A stretch of DNA of 64,000 nucleotides, taken from Lentimicrobiaceae bacterium (GTDB lineage Bacteria; Bacteroidota; Bacteroidia; Bacteroidales; JAAYJT01). The position numbers and the translations under genes are program-made. The notes beneath the pieces are model-generated. The model was not told the DNA's origin. It did no database searches and saw only the letters and a list, made by a program, of their open reading frames with translations. This document shows positions 12,327 through 20,278 of this stretch, one piece after another. Each line of letters starts with the position of its first letter. Position 1 is the first letter of the stretch. Location: positions 9,633 to 73,632 of the forward strand of contig JBBIIP010000012.1 in the NCBI GenBank assembly GCA_037446395.1. Reading direction: 5' to 3'.

Positions 12327-12334
12327 TAACTTTG
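12327..12334 (+). promoter_or_regulatory. Putative -7 box (TAnnTTTG) immediately upstream of the DAHP synthase/CM start
   Basis: Exact match TAACTTTG, ending 6 nt before the ATG at 12341. This implies a leaderless or near-leaderless mRNA. Confidence 0.35.
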
Positions 12335-12340
12335 CGGGTG

Positions 12341-13435
12341 ATGGAGAAAGGATTCGAAATACAACCCTTGAGCGATTGGCTTGGGCTATACGATCGGCCT
12401 CTGTTAATCAGTGGGCCTTGCAGTGCCGAAAGTCGCAACCAGGTGCTTGAAACCGCCAGGGCGTTATCTAAAATACCGCAGGTTAAAGCCATGCGAGCAG
12501 GCATCTGGAAGCCACGAACACGCCCATCATTCTTCGAAGGAGTTGGTGAAAAAGGCCTCAAATGGCTACAAGAAGCCAGAGATGAAACCGGATTGAAAGT
12601 GGCTGTTGAGGTAGCTATACCCAGCCATGTAGCGCAGGCTCTTAATTATGGCATTGATATCCTTTGGGTGGGCGCACGCACCACCGGAAATCCTTTCTCA
12701 ATTCAGGAGCTTGCCGAAGCCCTACAGGGTGTTGATGTACCTGTCATGGTGAAAAATCCATTGAACCCCGATCTGAAGCTGTGGCTGGGAGCCTTCGAGC
12801 GTTTTAACCAGGCTGGCATCAAAAAGCTTGCAGCTGTTCACCGGGGATTCCATTGTTTCGACGATGGTCCTTATCGCAACCATCCCAGGTGGGAAATTCC
12901 GATTGAGTTAAAACGACTGGTGCCACAACTACCCATTATTTGCGACCCAAGCCATATTTGCGGAAACCGACACATGTTGGGCGAAGTATCGCAACAAGCC
13001 CTCGATCTTGAAATGGATGGATTGATGATTGAAACACATTCCGATCCCGATGCTGCACTCACCGACCGTAATCAGCAAATCAGCCCACTTGCGTTGGCAA
13101 ATATTCTATTTGGACTTACTATTCGAATCGAAAAAGGGAACCTGGCGCTGGACAATGTGTTGGAAGAATTGCGCCTGCAAATAGATCGAATTGATTTACA
13201 ACTGATTGAGGTGATGGCCCGGCGCATGGGCATCATCAGGCAGATGGGTGAATATAAACGGGATCACAACATCACAATCCTGCAAATTGAACGCTGGCGC
13301 GAGCTTATCAATACGCGGCTTGATATTGCCGCAGAATATGGTCTCGACAGGGAATTCTTGCTAAAACTCCTTCAATTGGTTCATAATGAAAGTATTAGGA
13401 TGCAGGCTGAGATTCTGAATCGTGGCAAGAAATAA
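12341..13435 (+). CDS. Bifunctional 3-deoxy-7-phosphoheptulonate synthase (type I-beta) / chorismate mutase
   Basis: Motifs PLLISGPCSAES, GARTTGNPF and CDPSH, with a C-terminal CM type II helix bundle (LRLQIDRIDLQLIEVMARRM). The start is trimmed from 12299 to MEKGFEIQPL by homologue N-terminal length and by the -7 box position. Confidence 0.88.
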   Translation: MEKGFEIQPLSDWLGLYDRPLLISGPCSAESRNQVLETARALSKIPQVKAMRAGIWKPRTRPSFFEGVGEKGLKWLQEARDETGLKVAVEVAIPSHVAQALNYGIDILWVGARTTGNPFSIQELAEALQGVDVPVMVKNPLNPDLKLWLGAFERFNQAGIKKLAAVHRGFHCFDDGPYRNHPRWEIPIELKRLVPQLPIICDPSHICGNRHMLGEVSQQALDLEMDGLMIETHSDPDAALTDRNQQISPLALANILFGLTIRIEKGNLALDNVLEELRLQIDRIDLQLIEVMARRMGIIRQMGEYKRDHNITILQIERWRELINTRLDIAAEYGLDREFLLKLLQLVHNESIRMQAEILNRGKK

Positions 13436-13443
13436 AATTTATT

Positions 13444-14874
13444 ATGAGAAAAATAATGAACTGGCCGGCGTTTAATCAAAATGCCATCCTGCAACTGCTT
13501 CAAATTTTGGGAAGTATTTTATTGCTCATTTCCCCTGCCATTATAAATGGTTTTCCGCTGTTGTATTCCGATTCGGCATCATATATTGTTTCGGGACAGG
13601 ATGGAAATATCCCAATTGACAGGCCGATTATTTATGGCTTTCTTATCACCCAGGTAAGTTTGTCTTTGAGTTTGTGGTTGGTAGTTATTTTTCAGGCACT
13701 GATTGTTGTGCTCCTGATCAATCGGCTGCTTTCTTATTTTGACTTAGGCCGGGTGAAATCCTTTGCAACATTTTTGGTGGTCTTGTTTTTAAGCATTTTC
13801 ACCGGTGTTTCAAATTATATCAGTCAGGTTATGCCCGATATTTATACAGGTGTTTTGATTATAGCATTCCCCATGCTCATTCTCGAGCCCGACAAGCGAT
13901 GGCGTTGGTTTCTGTTTTTAGTTGCGCTAAGTTCGTCAATGATGCACTTTTCGAATCTTCCGCTTACAACCGTATTGTCAATCATGGCTTTGGTTGTCAT
14001 GGCCATTTACAAAAAGCGTGTGGCTTTGAAAAAGAGACTTGTAGTGTATTTTTCCATACTCGCAATCCTGCCATGGTTGCTTGTTCCCACGATCAATTAC
14101 CTGTATTCAGGAAAATTATTTCTAAACAAATCCAATCACATCTTTTTTACCGGCCGCCTGATTGATACCGGCTGCCTTGCCGAGTTTTTTGATTCAGTTC
14201 CCGGTGCTCAAAAATACTCGCTGTACCAGGCAAAAGATCGCATTCCTAAAAAATCGTGGGAATTTATCTGGAACGAAACAAGCCCATTATATGATGGCGG
14301 TTGTTCAGAAAATGGTGGCTGGTCAAATTGCTGGAGGGAAAAAGAGCAAGAGTATAATGCCATGATTTGGGATGTGCTCTCAACCCGATCCATCCTTGCC
14401 AAATTTTTGAAAGCCAGTTTTGTGGATTGGGCAAAGCAGATCATTGATTTTGATACCGGCCCTCTAATCAGGCAGGGTGAAACTTCCGGGTTTTCGCAAA
14501 TCATTCCAAAATATTTCATTGATGCGTCGTGCTATCAGAAATCGAAACAATATAACGAAACTTTGACATTCGAAACAGGGAGTCTGCTGCAACGTTGGTG
14601 CATCTATACTACAATTTTGGTCTTGCTGCTGCTCATGATTCGACCGTTTGGGTTGCTGAAAGAGCGAAAAGACGAATTGCGAATGATTGTGGCTCTAGTG
14701 GTTACCGGACTCATGGCGAATGCATTTTTCTGCGCAGTATTTTCGACAGTGTTATATCGTTACCAGGGGCGCATCATCTGGTTGATTCCTTTGCTGGTGG
14801 GTTCAATGATATTAATGTTATTGAGCAGAAAATACACCTCTCAACCTGATTCTCCGAATGGAAAGAAACGGTGA
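13444..14874 (+). CDS. Uncharacterised polytopic membrane protein (GT-C glycosyltransferase-like?)
   Basis: 476 aa with about 9 N-terminal TM helices, a hydrophilic loop of about 140 aa containing 4 Cys, and about 3 C-terminal TM helices. Acidic first-loop motif LLYSDSASYIVSGQDG. Starts 8 nt after the previous stop. Confidence 0.5.
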   Translation: MRKIMNWPAFNQNAILQLLQILGSILLLISPAIINGFPLLYSDSASYIVSGQDGNIPIDRPIIYGFLITQVSLSLSLWLVVIFQALIVVLLINRLLSYFDLGRVKSFATFLVVLFLSIFTGVSNYISQVMPDIYTGVLIIAFPMLILEPDKRWRWFLFLVALSSSMMHFSNLPLTTVLSIMALVVMAIYKKRVALKKRLVVYFSILAILPWLLVPTINYLYSGKLFLNKSNHIFFTGRLIDTGCLAEFFDSVPGAQKYSLYQAKDRIPKKSWEFIWNETSPLYDGGCSENGGWSNCWREKEQEYNAMIWDVLSTRSILAKFLKASFVDWAKQIIDFDTGPLIRQGETSGFSQIIPKYFIDASCYQKSKQYNETLTFETGSLLQRWCIYTTILVLLLLMIRPFGLLKERKDELRMIVALVVTGLMANAFFCAVFSTVLYRYQGRIIWLIPLLVGSMILMLLSRKYTSQPDSPNGKKR

Positions 14875-15012
14875 AACATATTTTTGACTCTGTTATATGT
14901 TTTGATTTATATTGGAAAAAGGGCTTCAGCACAAAAAATCATCCGGAAAGGTTAACCGGCTAAACAAGGACAAGGAGATTGTTCTTGGAAGAAAATCATT
15001 AATGCCTGTTGT

Positions 15013-16755
15013 ATGACTTTTAAGTTCGTAAGATTATTCCGATGGGGATTGGGTGAGTTCCTGCTTATTATCGGATTGGTTTTGTTGATCAATCATTGTC
15101 TTCTGCGGGAAAAAATCACCATCAAAGCTGATGGTCAAGGTTATTATGATTACCTGCCTGCTCTGTTTATCTATGGCGACTTCCCATACAAAAGCAACGA
15201 CAGTACTCAGGAGTTTTCTGACCGCATCAACCAGATGAATTTTTATCTTGATTTAAATGGTTCGAAAATCAATAAGTATCCTGCGGGCGTTGCCGTGCTG
15301 GTGTTTCCCTTTTTTAATTTTGCCCACCTCACCGCCCTGCTGCAAGGCTTTGAAAATGATGGATTTTCGCTGCCATATCAACAAGCTGTATATTATGCTG
15401 CACTTTTTTATTTGCTGCTGGGATTGATTTTTTTGCGCAAGCTCCTGGTTTTTTACAACATTTCATACCTGGTGATTTTTCTTACCCAGCTTTTTGGGGT
15501 TTTTTCTACTTCAATCATAAACTACGTCAATTTTGACCCCTCCTTCAGCCATGTGTATTCTTTTTTTGCAGTTACAACTTTCCTTTATTTTCTAAAAGCC
15601 TGGTTTCAAACAAGCACCATCAGGCATCTTTTGTGGGCGGCGGTATTTTTGGGGCTTATTATTTTAATCAGGCAGGTCAATGTGATAATCCTTTTGTTTG
15701 TTCCTTTTTTGGCAGGATCGAAAGAGAAACTTACAGAAGGTGTGAAAAATGTATTTAAAAACAAAAAGGCGTTTGTTGCTGCATTTGCATTGTTGGCACT
15801 CATAATATCAATTCAACTTGTCCTGTGGCATGTTCAAACCGGCAAAACTTTTATCTATTCGTATAAGGGTGAAGGCTTTAACTTTTTATCCCCGGCATTT
15901 TTCAGTATTCTTTTCAGCTATCAAAAGGGCTTGTTTATTTATACTTTAATCACTTTTATCTCTTTGTTTGGTTTGTCAGTTTTTGTTTTAAACAAGCAGT
16001 TTTATCAGTTTTACACTTGGGTATTGTTTTTTGTTTTGCTTACTTATGTTGTTTCGTCGTGGCACTCGTGGGTTTACGGCTGCAGCTATGGATCAAGGGT
16101 GTATATTGATTTTTATGCTGTTTTTCTGATTCTGCTGGCCATTTTGTTTGAAAAGCTAAAATCGTGGTACAGGTTTACTTTGATTTTGATTGCCCTGATT
16201 ACCATTCCTGTCAACATTATTCAGACTTACCAATATAAAACATTCATTCTTGATTGGATTACAATGAACAAAACCAAGTACTGGACAGTATTTTTGCGTA
16301 CAGAAGATAAATACAGGGGGTTGACCAGCAAGAAACAATATTCATTCAATGATCAAACAGCCAGCATCATTCATTCAGACTCCATTCAGGATATTGTAGT
16401 TGATACAGGCATGATGCAAGATTTATATACTGAATCCAGTGCCAGGGTTAAACAGTTTGAATCAATCAACATTATTCAGGTATCGTTCGACCATTCATTT
16501 CCCTCACAACAGACAGCCCGGATGGAGTTGAACATCCGCGATTCGTTAACAAACGAGACCTACTATTATCATCAGCACCCGGTCATTCATTACGTCGAAA
16601 AAGGATTAGGCCGATGGCAAACCGGATTGTTTAACTATGATTTTGCCCCCATCGGGTCACAAAATTATTGCAAAATCAAATTGCTGGTATTCACCAAACA
16701 AGAGCCACTCGAAATAAAGAACCTAAAAATAAAATATATAGCCTACCGCCCTTGA
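15013..16755 (+). CDS. Uncharacterised polytopic membrane protein, GT-C (ArnT/PMT-like) glycosyltransferase candidate with a C-terminal soluble domain
   Basis: 580 aa. First loop ADGQGYYDYLPALFIYGDFPY ... NKYPAGVAVL resembles GT39/PMT_2-type first loops. About 11 TM helices are followed by a hydrophilic C-terminal domain of about 170 aa. Confidence 0.5.
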   Translation: MTFKFVRLFRWGLGEFLLIIGLVLLINHCLLREKITIKADGQGYYDYLPALFIYGDFPYKSNDSTQEFSDRINQMNFYLDLNGSKINKYPAGVAVLVFPFFNFAHLTALLQGFENDGFSLPYQQAVYYAALFYLLLGLIFLRKLLVFYNISYLVIFLTQLFGVFSTSIINYVNFDPSFSHVYSFFAVTTFLYFLKAWFQTSTIRHLLWAAVFLGLIILIRQVNVIILLFVPFLAGSKEKLTEGVKNVFKNKKAFVAAFALLALIISIQLVLWHVQTGKTFIYSYKGEGFNFLSPAFFSILFSYQKGLFIYTLITFISLFGLSVFVLNKQFYQFYTWVLFFVLLTYVVSSWHSWVYGCSYGSRVYIDFYAVFLILLAILFEKLKSWYRFTLILIALITIPVNIIQTYQYKTFILDWITMNKTKYWTVFLRTEDKYRGLTSKKQYSFNDQTASIIHSDSIQDIVVDTGMMQDLYTESSARVKQFESINIIQVSFDHSFPSQQTARMELNIRDSLTNETYYYHQHPVIHYVEKGLGRWQTGLFNYDFAPIGSQNYCKIKLLVFTKQEPLEIKNLKIKYIAYRP

Positions 16756-16863
16756 ATATTCGCATGATTCATTATTTTTGACCGGTAAAATGTTCTCCAT
16801 GAGAAACAGGTCAATCTTACAACCCACTTTCAAGTGTATTTTTATTAATATCAAAGACCGTGA

Positions 16864-16890
16864 TGCTTTCAGAAAAGCAGGTTTGTTTAT
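16864..16890 (+). terminator. Weak candidate intrinsic terminator after the 15013-16755 gene
   Basis: Stem TGCTTT/AAAGCA (16864-16869 / 16874-16879) with loop CAGA, followed by GGTTTGTTTAT. Short stem and an interrupted T tract. Confidence 0.25.
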
Positions 16891-16934
16891 CAGCGTTCGA
16901 TTTTTCTATTAATCCTTTTAAAATACACTAAATC

Positions 16935-18311
16935 ATGGATTTTCCTTTTGCTGAAAGTTACAAAATAAAGATGGTGGAATCCATCCGCCAAAGCACGCAA
17001 GCTGAACGTGAAGCGTGGATTAAGCAAGCCCGCTATAACCTTTTTAACCTGCGCAGCGAGCAGGTTTTCATTGACCTGCTCACCGACAGTGGCACGGGTG
17101 CCATGAGCGACAGGCAATGGTCGGCCATGATGCTTGGCGATGAAAGTTATGCCGGCGCTTCATCCTATTTCAAGTTGAAAGAGGCCATCAAAGAGCTCTT
17201 TGGCTTTGACCATTTCCTGCCAACACACCAGGGGCGTGCAGCCGAGAACGTACTTTTTAGTGTGCTCGTAAAGCCAGGCGATTTAATTCCGGGTAACGCC
17301 CATTTCGATACGACCAAAGGTCATATAGAATTTCGACGGGCTTTTGCCATAGATTGCACCATTGACGAAGCGCTGGATCCTGGGTTAATTCATCCGTTTA
17401 AAGGCAATGTTGATATTGAGAAACTCAATAAAGTATTGGGATCGAAACCAAAAGAAAAAATTCCATTTATTATTATTACGGTTACATGTAACACATGCGG
17501 CGGTCAACCTGTTTCGATGCAGAACCTGCATGCAGTAAGGGCACTGGCAAATCAATATGGCATCCCGTTGATTTTTGATTCGGCACGATTTGCCGAAAAC
17601 GCATATTTTATTAAGACACGCGAACCCGGCTATGCCAATAAATCTATTCGCCAAATCGTACTCGAAATGTTTAGCCTGGCAGATGCAATGACCATGAGCA
17701 GCAAGAAAGACGCCATAGTGAATATGGGTGGTTTCATCGCCATGCACGAGCCTGAATTATTTCAAAAGGCGAGTGTTTATAATATCATGTTCGAGGGATA
17801 TGTTACCTATGGCGGTATGTCGGGGAGAGACATGAGTGCCCTGGCCCAAGGCCTGTACGAAGGAACAGAATTCGATTACCTTGATACGCGCATAAAGCAG
17901 GTAGCTTACCTGGGCGCAAGATTGAATGAGTTTGGTATTTCTACCATTCAACCCAGTGGTGGCCATGCAATTTTTGTAGATGCATTAAAATTTCTCCCCC
18001 ATATTTCACGCGAAGAATTTCCGGCTCAAACCCTTGCCATTGAGTTGTATCTCGAAAGTGGAGTCCGGGGAGTTGAGTTGGGTGCGCTCATGGCCGACCG
18101 CGACCCGGTAACGCGAGAAAATCGTTTTCCGGCACTGGAACTTGTACGCCTGGCTATTCCCAGGCGGGTTTATACCAACAATCACATGGATTATGTAGCG
18201 GCTTCGCTGGCCAGGGTTTATGAGCGCCGCAATGCCATTCGCCGAGGGATGCGCATCGTAACCGAGGCTCCAATACTTCGTCATTTCACCATTGCGCTTG
18301 ATCGCTGCTAA
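16935..18311 (+). CDS. tnaA: Tryptophanase (beta-eliminating lyase family)
   Basis: 458 aa. MDFPFAESYKIKMVE..., DSGTGAMSDRQW, PTHQGRAAE, and PLP-Lys SSKKDAIVNMGG. Closely parallels my recollection of Bacteroides TnaA. Tyrosine phenol-lyase cannot be fully excluded. Confidence 0.82.
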   Translation: MDFPFAESYKIKMVESIRQSTQAEREAWIKQARYNLFNLRSEQVFIDLLTDSGTGAMSDRQWSAMMLGDESYAGASSYFKLKEAIKELFGFDHFLPTHQGRAAENVLFSVLVKPGDLIPGNAHFDTTKGHIEFRRAFAIDCTIDEALDPGLIHPFKGNVDIEKLNKVLGSKPKEKIPFIIITVTCNTCGGQPVSMQNLHAVRALANQYGIPLIFDSARFAENAYFIKTREPGYANKSIRQIVLEMFSLADAMTMSSKKDAIVNMGGFIAMHEPELFQKASVYNIMFEGYVTYGGMSGRDMSALAQGLYEGTEFDYLDTRIKQVAYLGARLNEFGISTIQPSGGHAIFVDALKFLPHISREEFPAQTLAIELYLESGVRGVELGALMADRDPVTRENRFPALELVRLAIPRRVYTNNHMDYVAASLARVYERRNAIRRGMRIVTEAPILRHFTIALDRC

Positions 18312-18319
18312 TCGGGAAC

Positions 18320-19351
18320 TTATGCCATGGGTGTTTGTTTTGTCGAAAGCAAGCCACATGCCGCATCAATATCCTGGCCACGAGATTGCCGAAGGGTTGT
18401 CATAATACCCTTTGCTTTGAGTGCATCTCGAAACCATTCAATTGTTTGGCCATCAGATGATTGAAGTGGTGTTCCTGGAATGGGATGAAACCTGAGCAGG
18501 TTGATGCGGCAGCGAATGCCATTCAGAATTCGGGCAAGTTCTTTTACATGGGCGGGTGTGTCGTTCAGACCCCTGAAGAGGATGTATTCGAATGAAACCC
18601 TTCGCTGGCGCGAAAAGTCGTAGCTTCTGATGGTTTCGAGAACATCCTTCAAAGAATAAACATTTTGTATTGGCATGAGCATTTTTCTGTCCTCTTCGAA
18701 AGGAGAATGAAGGCTAACAGCCAAATGGCATTGGCTTTGTTCTAAAAAAGTTTTCATGCCTGGTATAATGCCAATGGTTGAAACGGTAATGCGTTTGGGG
18801 CTCATGGCATAGCCCCAGTCGGCTGTGAGTATTTCGAGGCTCTTCATCACAGCATCCATGTTATCGAAAGGTTCGCCCATGCCCATATATACGATATTTG
18901 TGAGAAAAAGCCTTTCGGGAAGGCTGTGAATCTGGTTAAGAATTTCGCCGGCCGACAGATGCCCCTGGAAGCCCTGCCTGGCAGTCATACAAAATAAGCA
19001 GCCCATTTTGCAACCCACCTGGGTCGAAACGCAAAGCGTATGCCGCAATTTTTCGGGTATATATGCGGCCTCAACGAATTTACCTCCAAGGGATTGATAA
19101 AGATATTTCTTAGTGCCATCGGCTGATGTTTGAACCTTGAGCGGAGAAGATAAACCCAATTCAAAGTGATTGGATAGTATTTGCCGCGTTTTCTTGGATA
19201 GACTGGTCATGTCTTCGATTCCACCCAGGTTTTTCTTGTAAAGCCAATCCGCTATCTGACGGGCTGTATACAACGGAAGGTTGAACAGGGCAACAATTTC
19301 GGCCAGTTCCTCTATGGTTTTTCCAAATAGTATGGGTTTATTTGAACTCAT
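18320..19351 (-). CDS. rlmN: 23S rRNA/tRNA (adenine-C2)-methyltransferase, radical SAM
   Basis: 343 aa. Radical-SAM motif CKMGCLFC and overall RlmN layout (MGMGEP, second Cys region near the C-terminus). Confidence 0.93.
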   Translation of the reverse strand: MSSNKPILFGKTIEELAEIVALFNLPLYTARQIADWLYKKNLGGIEDMTSLSKKTRQILSNHFELGLSSPLKVQTSADGTKKYLYQSLGGKFVEAAYIPEKLRHTLCVSTQVGCKMGCLFCMTARQGFQGHLSAGEILNQIHSLPERLFLTNIVYMGMGEPFDNMDAVMKSLEILTADWGYAMSPKRITVSTIGIIPGMKTFLEQSQCHLAVSLHSPFEEDRKMLMPIQNVYSLKDVLETIRSYDFSRQRRVSFEYILFRGLNDTPAHVKELARILNGIRCRINLLRFHPIPGTPLQSSDGQTIEWFRDALKAKGIMTTLRQSRGQDIDAACGLLSTKQTPMA

Positions 19352-19495
19352 TGCCCCGATTTAATAATTTAGCTATTCGGACTGAATTTTGGTATATGAA
19401 TCAATTTTTTGTTAAAAATCTTCCGGCGCCAACATTGCGAAACTACTTTCGGCAAGGGGCTCAAAGATTTCGCAAAGTTTAATAATTAATGCGGA

Positions 19496-20146
19496 TCAGA
19501 AAAAAATCTCTGAGATTATATTTTTAAACGGAACCCCCCGGGCTATGAGAATATCGCGCACTTCGACAACCATTTTGGTACTGCCGCATAGGAAATAAGG
19601 TACAGTGAGGTCAATTTCCGGAAGTTGTTTCAGGTAATCGGTTACCCTGCCAGCAAAAAACCCGTTTTGCTTATCGCCGCTGCAACACCTAATGTAGTTG
19701 TTTTTCAGGCTCATCACGAAGTCATCCTGAAAATAAAAACCACTGGCTTGACGGCTTCCATGGATCAATTTTTTATTGCCCGCCAGTCCTGAATAAAGCA
19801 TTGACGCAAAGGGGGCTATTCCTGTTCCGGCAGCAATCCAGATAGCCGGTTTTTCGTCGCCGACAAATGCGCCAAAAGGCTCAGAAAGATATATTGTATC
19901 ACCGCTTTTGAGCTTTGACAGGCCGGGCGTAAGCACGCCATCAGGTTTTACTTTATATAGTAGCTTCATTTCATTTTCTGAGGCTCCACTGGCAATGCTA
20001 TAAAGGCGTGGTTCAGTATCTTGAGAAATGGAAACCCCAATCACTTGTCCTGGGAGGAAATTGAAAATGCGGGGAAATGAAAGCAAATATGCATTCGGGG
20101 CTATTTTGTTGTTCGCAGTGATGATTCCCTGCAATTGTGTTCTCAT
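19496..20146 (-). CDS. Ferredoxin-NADP reductase-like FAD/NAD(P)-binding oxidoreductase
   Basis: Motifs RLYSIAS (FAD RxYS) and GTGIAPF (NAD(P)). The start is trimmed to MRTQLQ (20146) because an exact -7 box lies inside the longer track ORF. Confidence 0.7.
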   Translation of the reverse strand: MRTQLQGIITANNKIAPNAYLLSFPRIFNFLPGQVIGVSISQDTEPRLYSIASGASENEMKLLYKVKPDGVLTPGLSKLKSGDTIYLSEPFGAFVGDEKPAIWIAAGTGIAPFASMLYSGLAGNKKLIHGSRQASGFYFQDDFVMSLKNNYIRCCSGDKQNGFFAGRVTDYLKQLPEIDLTVPYFLCGSTKMVVEVRDILIARGVPFKNIISEIFF

Positions 20147-20164
20147 TTGAAGACTATTTCGATT

Positions 20165-20172
20165 CAAATCTA
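20165..20172 (-). promoter_or_regulatory. Putative -7 box (TAnnTTTG) for the FNR-like gene
   Basis: Minus-strand TAGATTTG, ending 18 nt upstream of the ATG at 20146. Confidence 0.35.
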
Positions 20173-20278
20173 TTAAAACCAATAGGTTGGTACAAATGTT
20201 CAATGCCCTTTCATTCCAATAACAGCTTAAAATCTTACTTTCGCAGTCTTATAACCACTCACTCATCAAAGCAAAGCT

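Noticed and set aside
16756-16934. TnaC-like leader peptide upstream of tnaA.
   Set aside because: The only small ORFs are MIHYF and a 40-aa Trp-free peptide. Neither has the conserved Trp/Pro features of TnaC.
19434-19476. 8-bp inverted repeat TTGCGAAA ... TTTCGCAA in the spacer between the FNR-like gene and rlmN.
   Set aside because: The loop is about 25 nt with no T tract, and no second copy occurs elsewhere in the window. This is insufficient to call a terminator or operator.
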